A stretch of 63,893 nucleotides of DNA, counting the filler, from Salisapilia sapeloensis CBS 127946 (lineage: Eukaryota > Protista > Oomycota): the NCBI GenBank assembly GCA_023334545.1. It is 4 parts of 4 records of this genome, joined end to end, with 100 filler letters (N's around TTAATTAATTAA, not from the genome) between each part and the next. Parts side by side here need not be neighbours in the genome. Positions count along the whole stretch, not along the records: positions 17,278 to 46,250 come from JAADVB010000229.1; positions 46,351 to 62,633 come from JAADVB010000354.1; 2 more parts are not named here. One strand, given 5' to 3'. The notes beneath the pieces are model-generated. The model saw nothing but the letters and a program-made list of their open reading frames with translations. It ran no database searches and was not told the DNA's origin. Positions 36,474 through 46,513 of this stretch are shown piece after piece. Position numbers and translations under genes: made by a program. The number at the start of each line of letters is the position of its first letter. Within the stretch, counting starts at the first letter, position 1.

Positions 36474-37169
36474 ATGCCGTTGTTATCAAGAAAGAAATGC
36501 CATACTCGACAAACACCGTGCTTTGCCATGGTCTGCGTGAACAATGTCAACCGCAGTATGGCAGCACACGCGCTACTCCAAGATCATGGCCTTTGTGTTC
36601 GGTCCTTTGGATGCAATCATCGAGTCTGCTACCCATGTCGACCTGGCGCGAGACCACTCTCATTTCCATTCTCGTCCAGCTATTCGTTCATGGCAAAACA
36701 GTTGCATAAGAGTGATGAAGAAACATTTAAGCGATGTGGTGTTTTTGAAATGCTCGAACGCAATGCTGCCGTGAAAGACCGTCCAGAGCGATGGCAGGAT
36801 CAGCGATATCGAGAATTAAAAGAGCTGGATGTTGCCATCTGCTTTGATAAAAATGCTTATATCGCTGTTCTCCAAGGTATGTCGATCTGTTGGATGACTT
36901 TGCGATCATTTATAAACCATTTAGTAGACTTGCAATGGAAGAGGAAGCTGAGGTTGCACGCCAAGAAGCATCCACTACAGGTACTGTGTATGGACACGGA
37001 CGATACTGCTATTGGCGCTGATGACGCTAGTAAATTGGCTCTGGAATTGTGCCAAGAGCTACATGCGCATGGAGTCTCTGGTTTAGCGAATCCAAAAGCC
37101 AAAGACTTGATGACCGCTTTCAAGGCACACCAAGGGATCAATTTAGACTGCGCTGTTATATACGTTTAA
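36474..37169 (+). CDS. SSU72: Divergent Ssu72-like RNA Pol II CTD phosphatase, 2 exons
   Basis: VCVNNVNRSMAAH (CX5R), VRSFG, MLERNAAVKDRPERWQ, LDVAICFD, CMDTDD...LALELCQ. 51-nt intron 36877-36927. Confidence 0.8.
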   Translation: MPLLSRKKCHTRQTPCFAMVCVNNVNRSMAAHALLQDHGLCVRSFGCNHRVCYPCRPGARPLSFPFSSSYSFMAKQLHKSDEETFKRCGVFEMLERNAAVKDRPERWQDQRYRELKELDVAICFDKNAYIAVLQGMSICWMTLRSFINHLVDLQWKRKLRLHAKKHPLQVLCMDTDDTAIGADDASKLALELCQELHAHGVSGLANPKAKDLMTAFKAHQGINLDCAVIYV

Positions 37170-39275
37170 GAAAGATTGCAAGTGTGAGTTGATGCTACAG
37201 TTGGGCGAAGAATACATGTATGACCTCTGGGCGATCATATCTACTCTACATGCAAAAATATCTCTTGTGCTTGAGGCTGTGAGCAGAATGAATACACAAA
37301 TATTTTCTTTATGTCGAACATTGCACTTGCACCTTGCACCTCTTGCATGCAACCAAACTCTGGGAGGAGCAGACGATCATGCTGATGTAGCATTTTCTTA
37401 ATATACAAACTTTCCCACCAAAGTATACATTAGTATGATAGCATTGATTGAGTAGAGCTAGGACTATGCTGAATTTCATACCGAATGCATGCTTCAAAGT
37501 AGCCTTATTTCAAGCACTTAAACTAGTTTGTATTGGATTTACTCGGCAAGAGGTAGGAGTGAAGGTGATACGTAAGGGTTATCATATGCATCCTTGCCTA
37601 CTTCAGACTTCCTCGCTTTGTTGAAGTTTCATTGAAGCAACAGTGCCGCTCGAAGATCTATTCAAGCATCGAAATGGAGTTGACGATGAAACTATGAGCG
37701 TGTCGATCTTATCTGTCACACATTCCGTACACGATATTCAGTGTGCAAATGGCGAGACCCAGTATTCTGTTTGCATTTCCAAGCCCAAATCTGAACGATA
37801 TGAAACAGGATAACGCTCACTATTGTGATGTTGCTAGTACCTTAATATTGCTCTGAAGATCAAGCTAGCGCAAAAATTTGTAATCGGCATAACTTTTTTT
37901 CAAATTTTAACACTTGCTTATGTATCTACGTGCTACTAGTATCAATATATATAGCTCGTCACTGTATGCTTTATTGCTGCAGTGTGTAATAATTAAAGAG
38001 TGTACGCTTTTGCTGGTATACAGCCTGATTCTTACACTAAAGATACGCTCGCGACAAATCAAAATGCGTCACATTTGCGGAAAGCTGGGTTTATTCCATG
38101 AAGGATAAGATTGCCGATCATCTACGCAACTTCAAATGGCATTAGAGCAACAGGTCGGAACAAGATCCGAATCGATGGAACACGTGGGGAACAGTATGAA
38201 GATAACTACATGCCCAAACTTAGTGGAAACTTGGGCTATAGCCGATGGCTCGGACATCATGTGGGTTTCCACAGTCTTTCTAGATGATCCTATCGTCTCC
38301 TACTAGGAGCTGGGTACTATTTTGAGCTATTACAATTATTCCCCCACAACCCATTCCTATCGTAAAGTAGAACTGGACATCACTTGTTGAATGAAAACAG
38401 ACATATTCCTTTAGTGATTGCTGATACTTGATATCCCTCTGATGTGCATCACGACAGTGCGGATAGATCGATATAACAAAGAACAGATTTCTGAACAAGA
38501 TCCTTTCCAAGCAAGCACTATCAACAATACATTCGAGGCATCCTCTTTTTAGCTCAAGATCAAAGACAAGGCCAACAAGGTCGATGCAAAGCTGCCTAGC
38601 AGTGCGATTCAAGGTGCAGTATTCGACTGAAATCTAGGGTAGTATGAAAGGATTACAAAACAGTGCTAGAACCAAGCCAGAGGTACTGACTAACTTGCAG
38701 CATTCTCAGACTCGGTCTCTATTCGTTATCTACCACCCACTCGGAAACAAACCAACAACGTATCTGATGTAGATCGTTTCTGCGCTTGAAGTGAAGATTT
38801 CCTAACAAGACACAACCAATACGAAGCGAATCAGATCAATTCATTTACATGCACAATGCTTCGCTACCTTGCCTTACAAGTAGCATATCGCCGCGTACGC
38901 TGTGTCATGAAAGTATGTTCGTATATCGCACTTCAGCATTTAAATCTAATGCTATGGTGTAACGATAAGCAGCAGTGATTCAGCGTTTCGCAGCCTCTCT
39001 CAAATCTTTGAACTCAACTCTACGATCGAAGTCGTTCGATTGCACGCTTACGATCTTAATTGGCACATCAACTGCGGGATCCAGAGCAGTCGCATGCACG
39101 TCCTTGGTATCCGCTATCTACTTGTATCAAAAGATACCAACTATATACCTGCTTCATATTATTCTCTACATCTACTAGGATCTATCCTAGCTTTTCACCT
39201 TCGCAAAGATATCCATTATTGAGTACGTACAAGTGTAAAACAGATTGCATTTCAGGGCAAAAGAAGAAAAGAAAG

Positions 39276-40394
39276 CTAAATATATGGTGTGGTGGCCGTC
39301 TCTCGATTCGACTGGGACGTATTCGATCCGAATGAGACTGCTGGAGCTTCATACGTAAAGCCAGTGAACATACTTTTCGGCATCCCACTCGCACTACTTC
39401 CAATGCTTTTGCTTGCAGGTGTCCCGTTCACTGGCATTTCCGTAAACTCTTTTTCAAAATTCGACGTATCTCCATTTTCTTTCGACTGCGGATCCGACGG
39501 TTTGAATGGTGGTTCAGACCACAAGAGACCGTCCCAGTCTACGTGACGAAAGAACGGATGCTTCTTCACGTCTGCCGCTCCGTGGGTACTACCCAGTCGT
39601 TGGACAGGATCTCGATGCAACAGTCCAGTGATGAGCGACGCAGCTTCGGAGCTGAGGTAGGACGGAATCTCCAACGGAGCTTCCCGAATCTTCACAAAGA
39701 GCTCCTGTCGATTGCGAGTGTACCATGGAGGGAGTCCAGTAAGCATCTCGTACAAAACCATGCCCATGCCCCACCAGTCGACGCTCGTGCCGTAGTTCTT
39801 TCTAGCTAAAATCTCTGGTGCCAAGTACTCTGGCGTCCCACATAGAGATGTCGCGCCACTGTCGACCTCTGTCACTTCGTCCTTGGCCAGTCCAAAGTCT
39901 GCTAGCTTGACATGCCCCAATTCGTCGAGTAAAATGTTTTCCGGCTTCAAGTCTCGATAGACGACGCCAAGCGAGTGCAAGTGTTCGAGCGCTAACACGA
40001 GTTCCGCAGCGTAGAAGCGTGTGAGCGGTTCATCAAATTTGCCTAGTCGCGAGAGGTGAAAGAAGAGTTCACCGCCGGGACAATAGTCCAGGACAAAGTA
40101 TAGTTTCTTTGGTGTCTGGAAAGCGTAGTGGAGTCCGACGATGAACGGGTGACTTGCGACGCCAAGCACTCGGCGCTCTGTCTTGGTGTGTTCCACCTGC
40201 TTTCGCTTGAGCAGTTGGGACTTTGTGAGTATTTTCATGGCAAAGATCTTGGAGTTTGTTTTCTTCCGCACGAGTGTGACCTTCCCGAAGGACCCTTTTC
40301 CGATCACTCGAATGAGCGCAAAGTCTTCAAGCGAGACTTTGTCATCCAGAGTGGATTGGTCGACCATATTAGCCAGCTCATCGGTGTCCGGCAT
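39276..40394 (-). CDS. AGC-family Ser/Thr kinase (Akt/SGK/S6K-like) without a PH domain
   Basis: GKGSFGKV, AMKIL, YRDLKPEN, DFG, LCGTPEYLAPE; C-terminal NFEKEFT turn motif and FTGFTY hydrophobic motif. Confidence 0.92.
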   Translation of the reverse strand: MPDTDELANMVDQSTLDDKVSLEDFALIRVIGKGSFGKVTLVRKKTNSKIFAMKILTKSQLLKRKQVEHTKTERRVLGVASHPFIVGLHYAFQTPKKLYFVLDYCPGGELFFHLSRLGKFDEPLTRFYAAELVLALEHLHSLGVVYRDLKPENILLDELGHVKLADFGLAKDEVTEVDSGATSLCGTPEYLAPEILARKNYGTSVDWWGMGMVLYEMLTGLPPWYTRNRQELFVKIREAPLEIPSYLSSEAASLITGLLHRDPVQRLGSTHGAADVKKHPFFRHVDWDGLLWSEPPFKPSDPQSKENGDTSNFEKEFTEMPVNGTPASKSIGSSASGMPKSMFTGFTYEAPAVSFGSNTSQSNRETATTPYI

Positions 40395-41368
40395 GATGAC
40401 AAGATTTCGGACGTGAACGCAGCACGAGTTGATTGGAACTGAAGCTTGATGGCCGTCCTCGCCTGCTTATTGTTATCTGTCGAGAAACAGGACTTGATAG
40501 GCATTTGCAACGCTACGAGAGCGACAGGGATTGGAGTAAAATGTGACAATGAACAACAGGATTGGTGGAAAAGTCGCATCGGTTGTGAAGTTGTGCCTGT
40601 GCACATTTGCAAGGGTAGCGGAGAAAGCACATGAAGAGATACCAATGCACTGGTAGCAGCGTTTGACATTTGTACGTGCATGGTTTGGCTATGTGAGATG
40701 AGGTTGAACTTGCTACACTGGACTGGAATGCATTCGAGATATCCAGTGAGATATCCACTCGAATTGACAGTCTCTGCACTGATGGTTGACAGTGAATCTG
40801 TGATGGCAGAGGGGAGTGGATAGTAGCATGAGTACTAGACGTAAAAGTTGGAAGCATTGCGTTTTTCAAATCTCAATGCATAAAGGGTTTCATGTGGCTT
40901 AATTCAATGCTTCATTGACAGGTGTCGACTGACAAAGTTGCTTCGCAGAGAATGTAGTCAGCAGCATCTTCGACAAGTAGGTTGACGAAAATGTATTCCT
41001 ACTAATCTTTGTCTGCAAAGCTACTATTCACACTAGGTCGACCCCAGCACAAGTAACAGCCCATTCTAGTCTAGATAAAGGCAGGAGCTACACAGCCTCA
41101 ACTCTTGTTAAACCTATAAATCTCGTATCCATACCGTCTGAGTCATAGATCTAAGCAGCTTTAATAAACGGTAGAAGAAAGCACACAAATACTACGCTGC
41201 ACCCATCTACTACCTTATCCAGCTTATTACTATTCACCTCGTAAACTATTCGTATCGCCCACATCGGTCTGGCATTCCTTGAACTACTTAGCCGAACCTC
41301 CTTCCTACCTATACTCACGCTACACTCGAGCTACAGCAGGGCATTTTATAAAACACACGACAAAAAAA

Positions 41369-42928
41369 ATGACGACCGCTTCCTGGGCCTCCGCGACCTG
41401 GCACCCGCCAGCTAATAAGTACGCCCAAGACCCTCTTCACGAAGTGTCTTCATCAATATCATGGGACGACCGTCGCCAGCTCGCGAACGATATCGCACTT
41501 TTATCTCCCACGGACCTCCCACGTCTCCTTCGCCTGATACAATCGTCCTCTGCTAAGTCCTCTTTAATCGACTCGCCAGCACTCTCGACTTGCTCCAAAC
41601 TGACAAAAGCAAAGGAGCAAGAGCTGTATGACCTCATGCGCCCAGTGGAACGCCATCCAGGCATGCGCCACATCCGTCTCGCCTGCGGTTTTGACCTCGA
41701 CAAGGCCGATCCGTCTCTCTTACGATCTCTGCGAGACTACGTAGATAACTGTACCATCCCTCACTTTACACCGAAAGAGAATTGTTGTATTTGTGAAGGT
41801 CTGTGGTCTAGTGGAAAAGTAGTTGCATGTGGAAATGATGCTTGCGACGCTCGTGTCCATGAAGAATGTTTTGGTATTGTACTACGAGAAGAAAAGGATG
41901 GACCGTGGTGGTGTCCATCCTGTCTCTTCGGTCGTCCACTCATGTGTTCTGTCTGTATGCAGTTCGGTGGTGCGTTGAAACCACTCTCCAAAGGACGAAA
42001 TGTCGTGCTACAGGACGATCAGCGATGGACACACGTCCTCTGTGCACTTAGCATCCCAGAGCTCTTCATGCGAGACGTTCCGACGATGGAGCCAGTTGAC
42101 GGCTTTGACGACATTGAGAATAGCCGATTCCGATACCTATGTAGTATCTGTCGGAAACGTGGAGGCGCGTCCGTGATTTGTGAGACGGAAGGCTGTAACG
42201 TCGGCATGCATCCACGCTGTGCAGCTGACGCAGGACTGATGATCGGAAAGGAAGACAAGCCGCTAGGTGTCTACTGTGAGAAGCACTTACCTAACTCTCG
42301 TGTCCCTGGCGCCAAGCGCTGGATTAGTGATGAAGACTTGGTGGAAGAGATTCTAAGCGACGCGTCTGGTGAAGACGTGGAAGACTTTACGGATGATGAG
42401 GACGAGAACCAAAAGGATTCATATGCTTTTATCCTCAGGTCCACTCCGTACTTGTACGAGATGGAGAAATGGACACAAGGATCTTTGGAGATAAAGCAAT
42501 CGTATGAGAAATTATCTAGCGATGCACTGCGCGAAGCCAAATTGAACGTCTCGAATCGATGGCAGAGTCAACCACTTGATTTACATGTACCGGTGTTTCC
42601 ACCGGAACGAGAACGACGTGTCGGGTTGCCACCAATGCCGAAGGAAGAGCATTTGGTTGGTGCGATTATCGAGTATTTACCGACGGGAAAGGAAGAGTAC
42701 GTACGTGCCAAGGTCGTTCGATATGACGCAAGTAGGAAGCAGCATCTGATTCAGACGATTGAGAAGCAGCAGCAAGCATGGGCGACTCTGACGACTCAAA
42801 ACACATTCATCTTGCATGTTGGTGATGAACGGAACGAAGCTGATGGGAGTCGAGTTCGAATCTACCGACCTCTATACAAGGGAGAGCGACAGTGGCGTCC
42901 AAAGCCTCGTCTGTTTCATGTAGATTAA
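41369..42928 (+). CDS. Chromatin reader: ET-like domain + PHD-Zn knuckle-ePHD (PZP) + Tudor-like C-terminus
   Basis: ISWDDRRQLANDIALL...FDLDKADPSLLRSLRDYVDNC (ET). CCIC...C...C...HEEC...WWCPSC (PHD). CSVC...GGALKP...WTHVLCA..IPE...CSIC..RGGA...C...C...MHPRCA...YCEKH (ePHD). YVRAKVVRYD...HLI (Tudor-like). Confidence 0.75.
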   Translation: MTTASWASATWHPPANKYAQDPLHEVSSSISWDDRRQLANDIALLSPTDLPRLLRLIQSSSAKSSLIDSPALSTCSKLTKAKEQELYDLMRPVERHPGMRHIRLACGFDLDKADPSLLRSLRDYVDNCTIPHFTPKENCCICEGLWSSGKVVACGNDACDARVHEECFGIVLREEKDGPWWCPSCLFGRPLMCSVCMQFGGALKPLSKGRNVVLQDDQRWTHVLCALSIPELFMRDVPTMEPVDGFDDIENSRFRYLCSICRKRGGASVICETEGCNVGMHPRCAADAGLMIGKEDKPLGVYCEKHLPNSRVPGAKRWISDEDLVEEILSDASGEDVEDFTDDEDENQKDSYAFILRSTPYLYEMEKWTQGSLEIKQSYEKLSSDALREAKLNVSNRWQSQPLDLHVPVFPPERERRVGLPPMPKEEHLVGAIIEYLPTGKEEYVRAKVVRYDASRKQHLIQTIEKQQQAWATLTTQNTFILHVGDERNEADGSRVRIYRPLYKGERQWRPKPRLFHVD

Positions 42929-43178
42929 GATGCATCCTATTACTTTCATCAGTTCTTGAGCTTTTTCTTTTGAAATTCAAGCTACTTTTTGCATTCTTAG
43001 AACAATTGACCGGCGGTATGTAGCAGCGTATCGTCTCTCATGTTGAAGGGTACTAGGTTGGGTTACCATATCCTATGCACCCTGCTAGTTTCATCACAAA
43101 ATACAAGAACACCAATGGACAGAGCAATGTCATGTTGTGGATTTCAGAAAGAAAGGAGTAAAAAAGAAAGTATGGTGA

Positions 43179-44090
43179 TCACTTGTCCATCTTGGCCAAA
43201 CGATACAAGGTGTCCAGTAACTCGTGCAAGTTGTCGTCGTACTTGTACGCTTCAAGTGCCCCCACCACTTTCTCATCGTCGCTCAGAATCAGATCCTTGA
43301 GCTTTTGCTTCTCTTCTTCCGAAATCAAATTGTCTGCAGCAATACGCTGCGTTGCTTTCAATGCGAGCGAGGTCAGATCCAACTGTGTCATTCCTTCGCC
43401 GCCGATTTCACCGTGCTCCACGATTCCTCTTTCCTCCAATTCACCCACACTCGGTCGCTTCCTCAACGTTTTCTCCACTTGATTCGCAGCCATGTTGCGC
43501 TCCAATTGGTGACGAGGTGCCTGGAGACTTGGCGCCAAGTGAGCATCCGTCTCATCCATGACACCCTGCGCATTCAAATCTCCAAGAGACGGTCGTCTCT
43601 CCAACGCATGGTGCACTTTGTCAGCGTTCATCTGTCTTTGCAATCGTTCTTGCGTGCTCTGGAGGGACGCAGCGACCCTCTCTTCCCCATGCGAGATGCC
43701 ATGATCTTTCAAAAACTGCTGATCCGGGCGCCTACCGAGTCGGTGCTGCACCTCGTCTGCGCTGAGACGGCGCTGCAGTCGACGCTGGACACCTTGTAGC
43801 TGAGGTGCGACTCCAGCATTCAGATAGTGGTTCTTTTCAAGTGAATCACGGTCTGGACGCGAGTGAAGACGTCGGTCGAGCCGATCTGCCGTGAGATGCT
43901 TCTCGAGATCTTTGGCGGCTGCAGCGAGGGAGGCACTAAGATTCGAAGCTTTCATCGGGTTGAGAATGTGTTCGTTCCGTTTGTGCATTTCATCTGCATC
44001 GGGGCGTGGGTGCTCTTGGAGTTTTGTCCGAGCTTGGGAAGGGGAGAGCGGAGGATCATTTGGACTAACGTCACGTACTTCTGTCGCCAT
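43179..44090 (-). CDS. RPEL-repeat (G-actin-binding) protein
   Basis: Four repeats at ~44-aa period: RLHSRPDRDSL, RLGRRPDQQFL, ALERRPSLGDL, TLRKRPSVGELEERGIV, plus a degenerate RPDADEM; short helical C-terminal domain. The start could be further upstream. Confidence 0.8.
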   Translation of the reverse strand: MATEVRDVSPNDPPLSPSQARTKLQEHPRPDADEMHKRNEHILNPMKASNLSASLAAAAKDLEKHLTADRLDRRLHSRPDRDSLEKNHYLNAGVAPQLQGVQRRLQRRLSADEVQHRLGRRPDQQFLKDHGISHGEERVAASLQSTQERLQRQMNADKVHHALERRPSLGDLNAQGVMDETDAHLAPSLQAPRHQLERNMAANQVEKTLRKRPSVGELEERGIVEHGEIGGEGMTQLDLTSLALKATQRIAADNLISEEEKQKLKDLILSDDEKVVGALEAYKYDDNLHELLDTLYRLAKMDK

Positions 44091-44277
44091 ATCTTCTTGT
44101 CTTGCTTTTGGAAAGTGAATACAATTGTCAAGTACACGACGATCTTGGGGTTTCATTCTCAACTTCAATAGACATGTCTCTAGTTTCAATAGAAGAGCAG
44201 AGTGGCGGTTCAATTAGACCTTGTATTTTGTACGTATAAAACAGAGAAAATGTATGGAAAAGTGCAGACAAATAAAC

Positions 44278-46250
44278 ATGACAATGAAAAACGGTAGAAA
44301 AAGGAGGCGACGAGTACTGCTTTTGCTAGGCGTCATGCTCATGCAATCGACTACTTATGCAGAGGAAGAAGAGAGTATGAGAGGTAGACTTTATTGAACC
44401 TCTAGATGTATCTAAAAAGTGTCGAGATACATGTCTGATAACTAAAGGCTCTTTGTTGGCTGTAGACACACACGACGTCGAGATTCGCGTGCGAGACTTT
44501 TCATTCGCAAGTACGAACTCTATTGGTTTCATAGCTCGACATATTTTAAGTGGCTCTATAGAAGGTGCTGAAGAAGACCATCGCATAGCGATCGATACAC
44601 AGGATGTCAAAGCGTTTTTAGCTAATGAAGTGTACGCCACGACAGGCAGTCCGGGCATAGAAGAGCAAACGTTTATCCAACCACCTCCTTTAAAGCCTCC
44701 GACCTATAATCAAGGCCCTTTAGGAAGCCACACGGATGACAGTGACTGGTTTCTATCACCAGACGAGCAAGAGATGGCGCTTGCGATCGTTCTATCTGTC
44801 TTTCTACTCGTCTCTGTTGTCCTGGCATTACTATACTTTTGCATGCGCTATTCTCATTCTTCCTACCGATTAAATCGCTTGACAAAGCAGCTACTACAGG
44901 AACATGACGCTAATAAACTATCTTCGTATCTTCGTGAGCTACCCAAGCGGTCCGCTACGACCATACCCATGGAGCTAAAGCAGACAGCAGACCTGCGACT
45001 CAGGCAGCTACGTTTCATGTCTGGCTCTCAATCGTACAGGCAGCAGCTTGCATTTCTTCAATTCGACTCTAAAACGTTACATCTCTCCGGTCTTCCTCAT
45101 GCAAACGAGGACGAAATGACGTTTGTACAAGTGATAGATGAACTTGAATTTTTGAAGACTAAAGGTGAAGCAGTTGGTGCAGACATGCATACGTTGGATG
45201 CAGAGTTGCCGCATGAATGGAAAGAAAAGAGGTATATGCAGATCAGTCTCTGGGTAGATGCCATAGCTGATGAGCTGCAGAAGCTCAAGTCATGCATTTT
45301 AAAAGTCCGTAAGACATCCACGAGGGTCTCGGATGCGTTGCTTCTTAAGATCCAATCGAATGAAGCAGTAGACAGAGATGTCTACCTGCGTCTACTAGAC
45401 TCTCTCCGCCCACCTCTAAACGACACTGGCACTTCGTCACCTATGACAGACAGTGAGTACAGTCAAAAAGACGACCTATCCTCCATGATGAAAGCATTCG
45501 AAAGTCTCGCGCAAGAGCAGCAAGTGCGTGATAAACTACGCTCCATCCTTTCCTCTGCTTCGACAGACGCGACTTCTCAAGCGCTGACGTTAACTACAAG
45601 TGACCATTGGCGAGGTGACTTGGAAGGGCTCGTAGATGAGGCAGAAGAGCTCGGTGCAACTCACTTAGAAGAGGTTGAAAAGGCCCAGTTGATGCTAGAG
45701 GATACTCGTCGACAGCAGGTTTGTGCCGCTGTGAGCGGAGACGCTACGAGCGAGACAGTCGAGTCTTTATCTCAAAAGCTCGTGGCATTAGGAGCAGATC
45801 ACAAGGCCGCTATTTTGAAAGCAGGGGAGATCCTTTCGAATCGATCGAATACGATGATGTTAAACCAGTCGCTTCGGACATTTATGGATGAAATACGACG
45901 CCGAGATGTCGCAAAAGTACGTGAACGACGGAGACGAGATGCTAGTAAGCAGCAGGACAAGAAGCAACGTCTAGCGCAAAAGTTCCGCTTTAAGCAGCAG
46001 GTACAAGCAGAAAAGTTTGCTATGAAACGCAAAGAAGAAGCGGAGCGGATGAAGGCAGAGCAAAAGGATTTCATAACGAAGGAGAAGGAGAAGCATGATC
46101 AACAGGCACGAGCTTCCAGGAAAAAGTTTGTAGAGAACGTCATGAAAGCTGATATGCTTGTCGTCATGCTCGTCATGGCCGTCATCTTCTTCGAATCATT
46201 GCGAGATATACGCTTCTTCCACCTCACATGCTCTCGACAATCGTCCTGGC
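44278..46250 (+). CDS. Uncharacterised signal-peptide / TM / coiled-coil / TM protein, truncated by the gap
   Basis: Exon 1 44278-44383 (MTMKNGRKRRRRVLLLLGVMLMQSTTYA), intron 44384-44447, then a long open exon with TM LAIVLSVFLLVSVVLALLYF, a charged coiled-coil and a second TM MLVVMLVMAVIFF. Confidence 0.65.
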
Positions 46251-46350
46251 NNNNNNNNNNNNNNNNNNNNNNNNNNNNNNNNNNNNNNNNNNNNTTAATT
46301 AATTAANNNNNNNNNNNNNNNNNNNNNNNNNNNNNNNNNNNNNNNNNNNN
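46251..46350. other. Artificial assembly spacer (44N + TTAATTAATTAA + 44N)
   Basis: Same 100-nt structure as the other gaps. Confidence 0.98.
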
Positions 46351-46513
46351 CCGCAGCATTTGGATCGAGTAACTTCGCGTTTTATGCTTGACCAGCGTCA
46401 TTTATGTCTCATTCAATACAAATATGGTGTTTGCGTAAAAGTACGATTTAAATTTCGTAATCTATCGACAACAAGTCGTGACAACCAACAACAGCACAAG
46501 CTTTAGACAAGCG

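Noticed and set aside
8106-36927. Several stop-free in-frame introns (8106-8165, 21426-21476, 36877-36927) as a regulatory pattern
   Set aside because: With dozens of ~50-60 nt introns, a handful of stop-free 3n cases is expected by chance.
3891-37169. Symplekin and its known partner Ssu72 in the same window, suggesting a functional cluster
   Set aside because: They are ~29 kb apart with an artificial contig join and many unrelated genes between them; linkage is not interpretable.
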